Shown: positions 43,933 to 56,057 of the stretch, in pieces
How the letters are laid out: each line of letters starts with the position of its first letter
Position numbering within the stretch: position 1 is the first letter of the stretch
From: Blepharisma stoltei ATCC 30299
Lineage: Eukaryota; Protista; Ciliophora
Length of the DNA: 64,000 nt
NCBI GenBank assembly: GCA_965603825.1
Contig: CBFDEM010000002.1
Location: 248,001 to 312,000, forward strand
Direction: 5' to 3'
Translations under genes and position numbers: made by a program
The notes under the pieces: model-generated
The model's database searches: none
What the model saw: the letters and a program-made list of their open reading frames with translations, nothing else
Told to the model about the DNA's origin: nothing

Positions 43933-44185
43933 TCGCCAAAGAATTATATTATAATCTCCGTTTCAAAAGAAATGAAGTTAATTTAAAAATTAATTTTAAG
44001 AAGCTAAATTTGGTTATTTATGAATAATCAGCAATACATTTTTTAATTATATATGCAAAAATTCAAAATTAATACAAAATATTTATAATTTTCTTTTAGA
44101 ATATATCAGCAATAACTGATTATGGTTTTCTGTTTTTAACATTTGGTATCCCAAAGGTCACAGAATAAACTTTCAAATTTTCCAA

Positions 44186-45478
44186 ATGTGGCTGGATTAT
44201 CTTCCATTTATGCTCGGAACCCAGGAATCTCAAGAAGAGGGGATGAAGTCATCTCTCATCACTCAGAGAAAAAGAACGGCTCATTGACTCTTCAGGTGTT
44301 GTTTGAGCTGTTTTATCTCTGAAAAACCCTCTTCTGCGGAAGACACAGAACTTACTGAGATCGTAATGACGCCGATGTCAAATCCTGAAACAAACCAATC
44401 ATCCAGTACATCAGAACCTATTTCTCCCAAATCATCCTCAGAAATCCCTTCAATTCCATTATCAGCTCCAGCCAAAAAGAAGAAGAAAAAGGCAAAAAAA
44501 GGCCTTTTAATTGCAAACTCAGTTGTGGAAGGGCTGCAACTGCTTGGATCTGGAAAAGAAACAACAGTCGTCAATGTCAAAAGCATTCCTATTGAATTGC
44601 CCAAGGTTTCAACATTTAGGCTTGATATAAGGAATAAGCCCAAGTTTGTCCCATTAAAATATTGAAACCAAAGATATAGCATTTTCTCTAAGTATGATTC
44701 TGGGATTATGATGGATGAAGAGAGTTGGTACAGTGTAACACATGAGCCTATTGCGAAGCATATTGCAGAGCTTTGCAAAGGAGCTCAATTAGTGATGGAT
44801 GGATTTGCAGGAGCAGGCGGTAATGTCATTCAGTTTGCTCATTACTGCCAGACAGTTGGTGTCGAGATTGATCCAAATAGAATTGAGATGCTCAAAAACA
44901 ACGCGAAAAAGTATGGAGTTCTTGATAGAATTAAATGTGTACAAGGAGACTTCTTGGAAGTAGCAAAAGGGGAAGGGCCAGTTGATGTACTTTTTATGTC
45001 GCCTCCTTGGGGAGGTCCTGATTATGTAAAGTCAAAAAAATACAATATTTTTGCACATATCACTCCAGATATTACAAAAATAATGGAAGTTTGCAATGAA
45101 ACTACTAAAAATATCATTTTATATATGCCACGAACTGTAAATCCAGCACAAATTGTTCAGCTTTTTAAATATATGCCAAATATTGAGAGAAAAGTTGAGT
45201 TTCAGCTTTATTGTTTTGGAAACAAAATAAAGACTGTGGGATGCATTATTGGAGAAATGGTGAAAGTTGACTCCAATGAGGTTGCAAAGCTTATGCTTGA
45301 CAGGATGAAAATTCCTAAATATTTACCTAAAGATAAAAATGCTGCGGTTGTTGCTTTTGGCCAAGAAATAGAAGAGAATGGTTTTAATTTTGCGTTAGCA
45401 AAGGCATGTGCAGCAAAAAAACCAAACCGAAATCGCAAGAAAAACAAGATATCAAAAGCAGAGCCAGCTGCTGTTTAA
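44186..45478 (+). CDS. TGS1: Trimethylguanosine synthase, ~430 aa
   Basis: KY-W(TGA 44663)-NQRYSIFSKYDSGIMMDEESWYSVT, DGFAGAGGNVIQFA, FMSPPWGGPDY; start inferred at ATG 44186. Confidence 0.92.
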
Positions 45479-45847
45479 ATCAATTTAATTGAAATCACTA
45501 ATATAAATCAAAGCATTTATTTTATTTATAAAAGATATGATAGTTTGCATCTTTTTATCCTATATGCGCTTTTTGTATGCGCATCCATAATTCATCGCTT
45601 ACTTCATGTCCTTATGGACTATTTGCATGCAAAGTTGCTAAAACCTGATCATATATTATTTCTATCTACATAATAGTTTTGAAGTTACTAGGCTGCTAGT
45701 ATAAAGCTTAGAGCCTAGAATTTATTTATGAAAAAAGATTAATTTTATGGTTAGATTCACTGTAATAGCTGCCTGAAAACGAGCATGTATTAATTATAAA
45801 AAGCTGAAAGAAAAAAAGAAAATTATTAGTATAAAATAAAATTAGCA

Positions 45848-47092
45848 TTAAATTTCTTTATTTATGAAAGCATGGTGCTGTCTATCTGTAACAAGCCTAA
45901 CTAACTTACGCTGAAGTGGAATATTATCTGACTCAATCTTAATTGCCTCAAAAATCTGTACTTCATCTGAGCTCATTTGCCGCTTTTTCTTATATTTCAC
46001 TTGTCTAATGTTTTGTTTTGCGTGAGTATCAAGATGGGGTTTCGCATCTTTGTTTCTTTTTTCTTCACTTAATTTTTCTAAAAGGTTATTATCCTTTGAT
46101 ATCCTAGCTTCTAAGAGTTGCCTATTTCTTATATTTATGTCGTTACTATTCTTAGGTTGCATTTTTTTTAACTCTGTAAATATAAATCGATTGAGAGGAT
46201 TCATGCTTTGAAGTCTTTGCTGGACCTCTTCGTGGTCAAGCTTTAATTCGACCTCTTTATCATAAGAAGGCAAAGGAGATGGAGAAACAGTCACAGAGCT
46301 ATTTCTATATTTTTCTATGTCAGTTAATATCGTTTTTTCAGGATTTATTTCATGAAGGTTCAGCATTCTATTTGTTTTCCGCTGAGTTTTTTCAGGAATA
46401 GCTACAATTGGATCATTAAAATGATTCCCAAAATTTCTTTTATTTAAAGCCAAAAGCCTTGCCGTTTCCAAATCATAGAAATCTTTTGGCGTTATAAAAA
46501 CATGCTCAGAATTTTTAAACTCTGGGACTTTTGGGATATTAATTTTTTCTGATTTTTTCGGCGATTTCAAAATTGACCCAACCTTATCGTACTTATGTAC
46601 AAGGTCTGGCCGTTTGTTTATAGAGCTCAGCTTTTCTTTAATTTTGTTTTTCCCTTCATTATATACATAATTATTTTGCAACAACTTAAAATTCTTGTTG
46701 GATGCTTCTTGATTCAAATTAATTAATGAGCTTCTAGTTGATCTTGCAGCTGTTGATGCATTTTTTCAGGTGCCAACCAAATCGTCTTGAATTATATTGC
46801 AATTGCTTATAATGCTAGAAATTTTTCTATGATGAGGATTAAGATGGTGACTAACTTCTTCTCCTCAGTCTATTGAACTTTTAGATCTGATAACTTTCTT
46901 ACTATCAGAAAAATAAAGAGGAATAAATGTATTGGACTTATGGGGAGAATCTGAAGGAGAGCTGTTATATTCTTGCAAATGGTGTGGGGTAATTTCAGTA
47001 AGGTTATATATTGAGTATGATGTGCTTTGAAGCTGCTTGCAAGATGGAGAAGTATTTAAATTTCGACTGGGAAAAGTGAATGGAAATGACAT
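45848..47092 (-). CDS. Basic hypothetical protein, ~414 aa
   Basis: ORFs 46865..47092 and 45848..46717 are in one frame through two TGAs; start uncertain. Confidence 0.7.
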
Positions 47093-47497
47093 ACCTCAAC
47101 AAATTTATATTCCATTAAATTTCAAACAAAATATAAAATAAAACTTTTCTTAGAAAAATGAATATACGCCTCTTCATTTATTATAATTTTTAAAGAATTT
47201 ATTAAGGCCATAACGGATATGGTTTTTTAAAAGTTACCCTTCTTCGCTTTTCAAGGACCAATTCCCTTTTGGCTGTAAAATTTAATATTCAGACTTAAAT
47301 ACTCCAAAAAAATTACCAAGCTAAAATCTTGCTGAAAGTAATAAATAACTATAAAATTTTTTTAAATAATAATTCATTTATTTCTTTTTATGAATCAAAA
47401 ATTAAAATATTTTCCATTACAATTCAAAATATACAAAAATATTATATTTACAACAATTTCATGTTTCTGGAATTTATTGTTTTGAAATAATATTAAA

Positions 47498-48115
47498 ATG
47501 GCTCGCGTTATCGAAGCTCCACCACTTGAAGAAGACGAAATGCAAAGAATTTACGAATGGATAGATGACGTTCCCCTCTCTCGCCCAAAGCGCAATATCA
47601 CCCGAGATTTTGCTGATGGCTGCATGATGGCAGAAGTTGTGAAGCATCATTATCCAAAATTAGTAGAACTTCACAACTACCCTCAAGCTCACTCAATTCA
47701 GCAAAAATTAAACAATTGGAATACCCTTAATGTTAAGGTTTTCAGGAAGATAGGCTTCCAAATTGCACGCACTGACATTGATAAGATTATTAACTGTGAA
47801 CCGGAAGCTGTCGAAAAAGTACTTCATCTCGTCCAAGAAAAGCTTGAAGAGTTTAAAGAAAGGAAAAGTGATGAGCCATCTCCACCCCAAGCAGATAGAC
47901 TGCAAGGATTAGCTAAGCCCAAAGGACAACCCCAAGTAGAAGTGAGAGTTCAGCCAAATAATGCAATTAGAGAAAAAGAGCAAGTTATCAATGAACTGAG
48001 GGAAACTATTGAAATCATGGAAAGCAAAATTGCAAAGCTTGAGCAACTTGTGAAGTTGAAGGATTCTAAAATACAAATTTTAACAAATAAACTGACAGCA
48101 GCGGGGCTGAGTTAA
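47498..48115 (+). CDS. SPEF1: Sperm flagellar protein 1 / CLAMP (CH_2 domain + coiled coil)
   Basis: WIDDVPLSRPKRNITRDFADG, KLVELHNY, NWNTLN, KLEQLVKLKD. Confidence 0.93.
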   Translation: MARVIEAPPLEEDEMQRIYEWIDDVPLSRPKRNITRDFADGCMMAEVVKHHYPKLVELHNYPQAHSIQQKLNNWNTLNVKVFRKIGFQIARTDIDKIINCEPEAVEKVLHLVQEKLEEFKERKSDEPSPPQADRLQGLAKPKGQPQVEVRVQPNNAIREKEQVINELRETIEIMESKIAKLEQLVKLKDSKIQILTNKLTAAGLS

Positions 48116-48396
48116 GATGTATAGCCCAATTATTTAATAAAATTTAGGTATATAATGCTTCTGGCGTAAACTTGAAGAAATATTCTTGAATGGATTCATA
48201 GACTGCATCTTCATATATATTGTTATTAGATATCAATAAATTAAAGCCAATTTTGTGATATATTTTCCAATAAATATTTATTTTTATTTTTTCAATGAGA
48301 AAGAGTACAGAATGAATAAAAACTGATACTGATTAATTGCTTTTTTAAAGCTAAATAATAGTCAAAATTTTCTTATAATAAAAATATTGAATAAAC

Positions 48397-50325
48397 ATGG
48401 GTAAGTTATCATTCATCAGCCGACATATAGTACTGTTCACAAACAACCGTCCCGTTTTTGGAATAATTCTTATAGAAGATGAAATAATTTTTGACGTAGT
48501 CCTCATAGAAAATTCAACCTCAATTCTCTCAGTAATGGAAAATTATCAAGAATGAAACCCAATCGATTTGGAAGACTTTTATATATCTCCAGGCATTATA
48601 GATTGTAATATAAAAAAGGAATTTGAGGATTACGATCATCTTACACGGCAAGCAGTCTCAGGAGGGATAACCTTTATAATACACGAAAAATCAAAACTTT
48701 CAGAATTCGAAGATAATAGTGATCTTTATTGCGATGTTGGTGAAATTTCTTTAATTGAGTCATACGAGTCATTAAAAGAGTGCGTTGATAGTGATTCCAT
48801 CGCACTCAAATGCTATTTGAATGCCCCAGATAATAAAACAAAGCCAGTATCAATGCAGCTTGAAACCCTTTTTCAAGAGTTATCAGAGACGAATATTCCT
48901 TTGATAATAGACCCGATTCTGCCTTATAGTAGACAGCTATTTTTAGCTTCTCCATTTCACTGTAGCACAGCTGAAGACCGCATAACTGGAAAACTTCCTG
49001 ATACCAAACTGAATCCTGCAGCATTTCCTGACTCAGTTGAAGAAGAAATTCCAAAAATCAGCTCATTTGAGTCTCCGAAAGAACGCAAAAAAGCTGGATC
49101 TCCAAAAATTCAATCAGAAAAGCAAGGAAAATATAAAGACTTAAGCCCAACAAGTCCTGCAATAGACCATGTCTCAATGACTCCTTTCAAAATAAATTCT
49201 GAAGAAAATGAAGAAGCCCCAGCTAGCCTCACTAAACTTCGTCCAAGAGCTATGACTTATACAATATTTGATGATTTAAATAAAAGAATCAAAGAAAACG
49301 AAGAGAGCACTGAAAGTATCAGCTTAGCTGAACAAAGTGCTTATTCTGAAGCTGGCTCAACTGTATTTAGTCCAATGATTATTCCAGAATTAAGAAAAAG
49401 AAGCAGTTCTTTTGATATAATGATTTTAAACTCGAATTCCCTATCAAGCACTCCAACAACTGATGGCAGCCCAGTGAAGCCTTCTGCATTCTTGCAGAGG
49501 ATGCAAGGGAGAAGGCCAACTCCACTGGTCATGATAAAAGAAGAAAAAATTAACAGTGATACAGAATATGTCCAGCATCTTGCCTCAATACCTGATACCT
49601 GGGAAATTCATGGAGTAGAAACTATAATAAGCAGCTTAAAACAGGTAAACTATCCTGTGCACCTAGCTAACCTTTCTTCCGCAAGCTCTGTAAACTTAGT
49701 CCGTCAAGCTAAACTTGAGAAAATCTCATTGACTTGTGAAACTTGTGTACATTATTTGTTTTTTACAAAAGACAGTGTTAAAAATGGGGATACAAGATTT
49801 AAAGATTTTCCTCCTATCAAAAGCAAAACAAACTTCAATTTGTTGTGGGATTTACTCAAACTGAAAGCAATTGATATGGTAAGTTCGCATCATTTTTTAG
49901 TTGATCCAAAATTAAAATTTTTAGAGTCTGGCAGCTTTAAAAGAGCAGTCAGTGGGGTAAGCACATTAGGGTACACTTTGCAGGCTCTATGGACTATTTT
50001 GACAATTCCTGCCACTCTTGGGTCTGAAATTGAGCATTATCTTTGTAGATTAGGAAAATGGCTCTCGTTGCATCCTGCACGATTTCTAAGGCTGCCAAAT
50101 AGAGGGTCTATAGAAAAAGGAAAGGCCGCTGACTTAATAATATGGAAGCCTTATGAGAGAACTCAAATTTCAGCAGCAAACTCAATGCGCCCTGAAATGT
50201 GCTTGTTTTTTGATGAAATATTAAAAGGCAAAATTTATCATGTGTATATAAGAGGCTGTTTAGCTTACTCTAACAACCAATATTATCCAGTTGGTAAAAA
50301 GATAAGCCGTAAATGTCCATATTAA
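48397..50325 (+). CDS. Allantoinase-like amidohydrolase-fold protein lacking metal ligands, ~642 aa
   Basis: ISPGIIDCNI, AVSGGIT, VHLANLSSA, ETCVHYL, TRFKDFPPI, RGSIEKGKAADLIIW; N-terminus extended through TGA 48553. Confidence 0.85.
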
Positions 50326-50565
50326 CGTTCTAACTATAGTTCAATAGTCTGTCTCATAATTTGCTCTCTAATTAATTTTTGGGTTGCACCAACTGATTTG
50401 ATTTTATTGTAATCCATTAAATCCTAAGCCCATTCCCAATTCCTGATCTCATATTGAGTTTTTCTTGACTCACTCAAATTCGAAGCCAAAATGCGTGATT
50501 AGTTTTCCTATTCGAAATTTCACTGATCCATTAATTATTCATTATAAATAGAGAACATACTAAGC

Positions 50566-50817
50566 ATGCTGTCGTCACCTAAAACAACGGATGACACTCC
50601 TGAAGATTACATAAATTCTGATATTTCCCAATCTTCCTCAAGAGTCAGGAGCATTGATACTTCAAAATCTCAGGAAGAATCTTATACTTACACAGTCAGG
50701 AGAATTCTCCCTCCGATTTTCACAGTCAAAGCAGAAGAAAGTGAATTTCAAATGGAAGATGAAGAAATTGACCCATATGAAGAACTCAATAAGCAATGAA
50801 AATGCCTTCTTCAATAA
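50566..50817 (+). CDS. Small acidic protein (83 aa) ending in CaaX (CLLQ)
   Basis: Reading TGA 50797 as Trp gives ...NKQWKCLLQ followed by TAA. Confidence 0.6.
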
Positions 50818-50908
50818 ATTCCTCTTGTAAAGTACCACAGACATAATATATAAAAAGCTAAATAGTTGTAATTATTTTCAATTAATCAAAGATATTATAA
50901 TAAATTAC

Positions 50909-53900
50909 ATGCAAAATAGAGTTGACTGCGCAAGGAAATACCTGACACTTGTCAGAAGCAGGTTTAGAGAGAACGGAAACAAGTATGAAGAATTCCTTCA
51001 AATTATGAAAGCCTTCAAAGAACAGAGGTAAACTATATTCAGGGTCGATACTGAAGCAGTGTGCAAGCGCGTCCAAGAATTGTTCAGAGGCCACAGAGTC
51101 CTTTTATTGGAATTCAATAAACTCATCCCACAAAATTATCGAATATCAGTTGAATCGCGTCCTCATTATAACGAGGCCATTGAATACATGAGAAAGGTCA
51201 AAGAGGAAACTAAGAACGATCCTGCAATTTATGACGAGTTTATTAAAATCCTCAAACAATATCAGAGCAAAGAAATGTCCCTTGACGATGTCAATAATAG
51301 TGTTCGTAAACTCATGGTTAATTACCCAGTACTGATGGACTCTTTCAAAGCTTTTCTTCCAAATTATTATGATGAGTCGTCTGAGGAAGAAGACGCTTAT
51401 GAGCCGCTCTGTGCCAAGCCTTTGAAAAAGAGAAAAGAGCCTTCAATTCCGTTGAGCGCTGAAAAGATTGTGGCTGTTGAGCTTTCAGACCCAATTGGTA
51501 AAAATGAATTAATATTTTTTCAGAAACTTAAAAAGGTGCTGGATTTGAACTCGCAACCGAATACTGATTATTTTTTGGAATTCTCACAATGCTTTAATCT
51601 TTATATTGTCTGTGTTATTACTAAACTTGAACTTCTCAATGTGATTGAGCCGTTATTTAGAGTTTCCAATGCACATAATTTTGTAAATTATGGTTCAAGC
51701 AGCAGAAGGCACCAAAAAGAAGAAAATTCTGAGCTGACTCAATATGTGCAAGGAAGACTCAGGGATTTCTTTGAAACTTTTAAAGTTATTGCAGGAACCA
51801 GAGAAAGCGCTAGAAGAAAATATGGGTGGTTTTTCAAGCCGCTGTCTGATTTTGATAACTCCAAAGCCAAAAGACAAGGACATAGCTATTTAAACTTGCA
51901 AAGACCTGCAATTAAAAGAACGCAGCCAAACGAAAAACTCAACTCTCAGTGAATTTCTGTCCCCTATGGCTCTGAAGACTTTTCTTTTAGGAATTTTCGT
52001 AAAAATGTGTTTGAAGATGCCTTATTCAAGTGTGAGGACGAAAGATATGAGCTCGATATGACAATAGAATCTGCTATGTCCACACTAAGATTGCTCGAAA
52101 AAGCAGAAGAAAAAATGAATAGCTTATCTCCAGAGCAGCAAAGAAGTTTTCAATTCAACGAAAAAGCTTTTGACAGCATCCACATGAGATCTATTCAATC
52201 AATCTATAGTGAACACGCTCCAAAAATAATAGAAACTCTTAAGCGAAATCCTGTGAAAGCATTACCTGTCGTCGTATTAAGACTTAAAAGTAAAATAGAC
52301 GGCTGAACAAAACAAAGTAAATTAGAAAGCGAAAGACTATGAGGAGAAACCGTCGAAAAAAATTTTTGGAAATCGCTAGATCACAGATCATTTTATTTTA
52401 AACAAAATGAAAAGAGAATGACCAACGCAAAAGCATTTCTAGGAGAAGCGAAAGCGAGGTATAATGCAAGAAATGAAAATAAAGAATGGGTGAGAAAATA
52501 TTTAAAAGGAGAAAATTCAGACAATAATTATGAATTTATAGGTGGGTCTAGGCATCAATTGTTTTTTAATTCATTTTCAGGGCTCTCTGCTGCTGTTTCT
52601 CACAAGGTGCCTACTGATTTTGTAAATGAAGTTATTGAAGAATTCAAGGTGCTGGATTCTGCAAAATCTGTCCCAGTTTACGAGAACGGAATAGAATATG
52701 CTTCTTTGCCGCATTTCCGGCTTCTTTATAACTATCAGCCAGTCTTAAACGATGCTCTACGCATCTTGATTTTTGCAGTGGAAAAATCTAATTTATCTGA
52801 CAAAGAGAAAATATCCAAATGAATAAATGTAATATTTCAAGACTTAATGCAAATAAAACTGCCATCTGATGTACAAAATCATAAAGTCGAAGAATTTTTT
52901 GAAAACATCCCAGAGGAGGAACCACAAAAGCCTCCAACTCCAATAGAAACTGAAGATGTGGAGCTAACAAGGAAGATTATCACGAGATGGATAGAAAATG
53001 ACTCCTATACTGAACCAGAAGTCGATTCAAACTCTCTATCAGATTTAGCCCAAGATCCAATTACTTTAAAAAAAGATGACTCTTTTTCAGCCTTTATTCC
53101 TCTTTTAAAAAACAATCAAATAATGTACTGTCCAAGCTCTATTTATTGCTTTATACGATTTTTTTATGGGATTTATGAAAGGCTCTTAAAAGTTAAGCTA
53201 GTTTTAAGCAAAGACGGCAAAGATGAAGAAAAGCCAACAATTGACTATGGAAATTATTCGTTTTCTGAGCAGGTGGAATCAGAATATTTAGGATTTTTGA
53301 AGGTTGTCTGTCTTGTATTAAAAAATACGTATGATAATTCTAAATTTGAAGAAAAATGCCGATCTTTGCTGGGCAATGATGCTTATATTTTATTCACGTT
53401 TGATAAGCTGGCAAGCTATACAGCCAAAGCTCTCCATGCTGTTGCTCATGATGATTTAGCAATGAAGGCTCTTAGTATTTTTTCCAAATTCAGCAAACAC
53501 AAGCTTAATGAAGAAATGTATATGGCTGAGTTTTTAGCTCAATCTCCGAGTGCACAGCTTTTCAGACTTCATTGAAATGTAAAATATAAAATTCTTAGCA
53601 TCACTTATATTGAAAGTCCATATGAAAAACTGCAAGAGCCGCCTGTAAAAAACGCAATATTAAACGCAAAGCATTTTCTTAGCACTCAGTTTATTTCTCC
53701 TCTGCATGAAGAGTTAGAATTTGTGCAGCACAGATTGGATGCATTTTATCAGAATCATAGCATCACTTACTCAGATTTAGCAAACCAAATAAAATGTTTT
53801 AACGGAGTCAAAGTTGGACTTAACGAAAACTCGTTCAAAATGAGCTTTATTCCTGGCCTAGAAGATTACTTATTTAATACTCATTTTTATCACAAAGACG

Positions 53901-54022
53901 TTAAACTTACGATGGAATCAGAGATTTTTATTTGCAGAGATAAAAATTCATATATTCAAAAAGTGACAGAAATAGGAGACAAAAAATTTCAAAGATGGAG
54001 GGAAAAAATAAATAAAACATAA
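50909..54022 (+). CDS. SIN3: Sin3-like paired amphipathic helix corepressor, ~1032 aa
   Basis: PAH repeats (YEEFLQIMKAFK..LFRGH.LLLEFN; YDEFIKILKQY), HID region (LNSQWISVP, FKCEDERYELD, KSLDHRSFYFKQ), YILFTFDKL; 5 TGA, intron 51028-51042. Confidence 0.92.
51028..51042 (+). other. 15-nt intron
   Basis: GTAAACTATATTCAG; removes an in-frame TAA within the first PAH repeat. Confidence 0.9.
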
Positions 54023-54033
54023 TAATTAGTAAG

Positions 54034-54492
54034 ATGTCTAATATTTTCGATAAACAAATCTCTGCTCTAAATACAGCTCTTACCTCTTTGCAGCAGAAGC
54101 TCCAGCAAGAAGCAATCACTGAGTTATATGAAGACACTGAAAATGATGTAAAAACTTTAAACGAGAGATATCACAAGTTGAAAATTATTTTGCAAACACA
54201 CCAAACTCAACTGGCAAATCTTCAAGATCTTATCAGTACAAAAGTTAAACTTATAGATAGCTTGAAGCATAAGCAAAACTCATTAAAAGAAAAGCTTGGG
54301 GTTGCAGCTAAGGCTAGCGATGAGTCTAGGAAAAGAGTTCTTCCTAAAAGTCCAATATCAGATTTACATGACAATTCGGAGGAATTATCAGGGTTACAAA
54401 AATGCCTTGAAGGGATTGAAGAAATGTTTTACAAATTAGATGCTGTGAATCAAAAGCCTCTATGCAAGAATTGTACTTTACTAATTAACTAA
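54034..54492 (+). CDS. Coiled-coil hypothetical protein, 152 aa, with CKNC near the C-terminus
   Basis: Intact ORF with heptad pattern. Confidence 0.7.
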   Translation: MSNIFDKQISALNTALTSLQQKLQQEAITELYEDTENDVKTLNERYHKLKIILQTHQTQLANLQDLISTKVKLIDSLKHKQNSLKEKLGVAAKASDESRKRVLPKSPISDLHDNSEELSGLQKCLEGIEEMFYKLDAVNQKPLCKNCTLLIN

Positions 54493-54581
54493 TTTTTGCT
54501 GAAACAATATAAAAAGGGTTAGCAAATATTTCATCTTTAAGTCAAATATAAGAAATAGTTACAAGAATTTTAAGACTACAA

Positions 54582-55991
54582 TTAAGAATTACTGCTGCTC
54601 ATGCGAGATGAATTTAATACTGATTTTTTTATATCCTCTTCATTCACAGAAGATAATACACTCAATCTATATTTATGCTTGACATTAGGAGTAGATCTGC
54701 CTTTTTTCTTTGAAGATTCATACTTTTTCTCTTTATTTTTCTTAATAAAAATACAGAGCGCTTGAGCTTTATCCTGTGTGGTTCCGCTAGGTATTTCGAC
54801 TTCAAGGCTTTCAAAAGCTGGAGTCAAATTAGGTCTAGGAGTTAAGTCTTCAAAACCTGCAGCAGCACGAATAGACAACTCCGAATTCTGTATTTCCAGA
54901 TTAGAAATAATTGCTTCAAAATCTTGATTTTCCTTATATGCAAATTTTAATTTTGCAAGTAGAGTTTTAAAGGAATCTGCTAAGTTATTATACTGACTTC
55001 TGTATTCTTCATTTTGTTGGGTAACAGACTTTAATTTCAATTCCATTTCTTCAGCAGCTCCTTGAATTTTTTTCAGCTTAGCTTGCAATTCAATTTTAAT
55101 TTTTTCATCATCATGAATAATATCTTCTTGCCTCTCTATTACAGCATTTAAATCCATAATTTTTTTGAAATTTTTGCTTAATTGGTTTTCCAAACTAATT
55201 CTTTCATTCACATATCCTTTTGCTTCATATTCCAATTTTTCAAGTTTCATTCTAAAAATGTCAATTTCAGATTTCAATGTCAGAATAGTCTCATCCTTTT
55301 CTTTGCATTTTCTTTCAAATTCTTCTTTCATTGCTTTTTCTCTATACTTATATTGTTTTGCAGTTTTTTCTTTTTCTTTGTTTAATTTCACAGCGATGTC
55401 ATAGATATAAAAATAAGGTATTTCTTCCGTTAAATCTTTCAGAGCGTCTCAATGCTTATCTAAAGATTCTTCTAGTATATCAGACTTTATATCTCTTTTA
55501 TTAGCAAAAATAGCTTTATTTAATTCTTCTGTTATGAGTTTCATTTCTTTTGTATAATGTTTATCCTCAGTTGCGATAAGGTCAAGAAGTTTTAAAATCA
55601 GCCTTATCTTTTCAACAGAATTTTCAGGGTTTTCTTCATTAGCTACCTTAAGAACCTTATTAAATGCAACTGCAATTTCAATGCTTGGTTTTAGATCGCT
55701 AGTGCTTTTTAATAAATGCTGTAAAGGTATATTAAACATCTTGAAGTTAGTTTGAGTTTTACTTTGGATATGGCATCGACTTGTTGAATCCTTCTCAAAA
55801 TATTCAGCACTTGGAGCTCTTCTTCTAAAAAGTATTTTCTCAACTGATTGCGATCTTCCATGATTACATAGTTTTGACGCTTGAATCGCAGCTGCTGTTT
55901 CAGTAGCTGAATTTTCTCTTTCTGATTTTGGCTTCTTTAAGCTTTTTAAAAGCGTTTTAATTGAAGCCAGCTTAGTGTTTCCTCTTATCAT
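54582..55991 (-). CDS. Coiled-coil protein, 469 aa (weak TSNAXIP1-like LTPRP motif)
   Basis: Two ORFs joined by TGA 55449; long coiled coil ending in FEDLTPRP. Confidence 0.75.
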
Positions 55992-56057
55992 GCAATTATA
56001 AAAAATATGCTTTTGTGTGTATTCTTTTGTGCCTGCAAGCTAAATTAATGGATAAAT

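Noticed and set aside
47067-47115. Upstream ATG 47115 plus a 28-nt GT..AG intron for the minus-strand gene
   Set aside because: Splicing puts it out of frame and it hits a stop; the length is also atypical.
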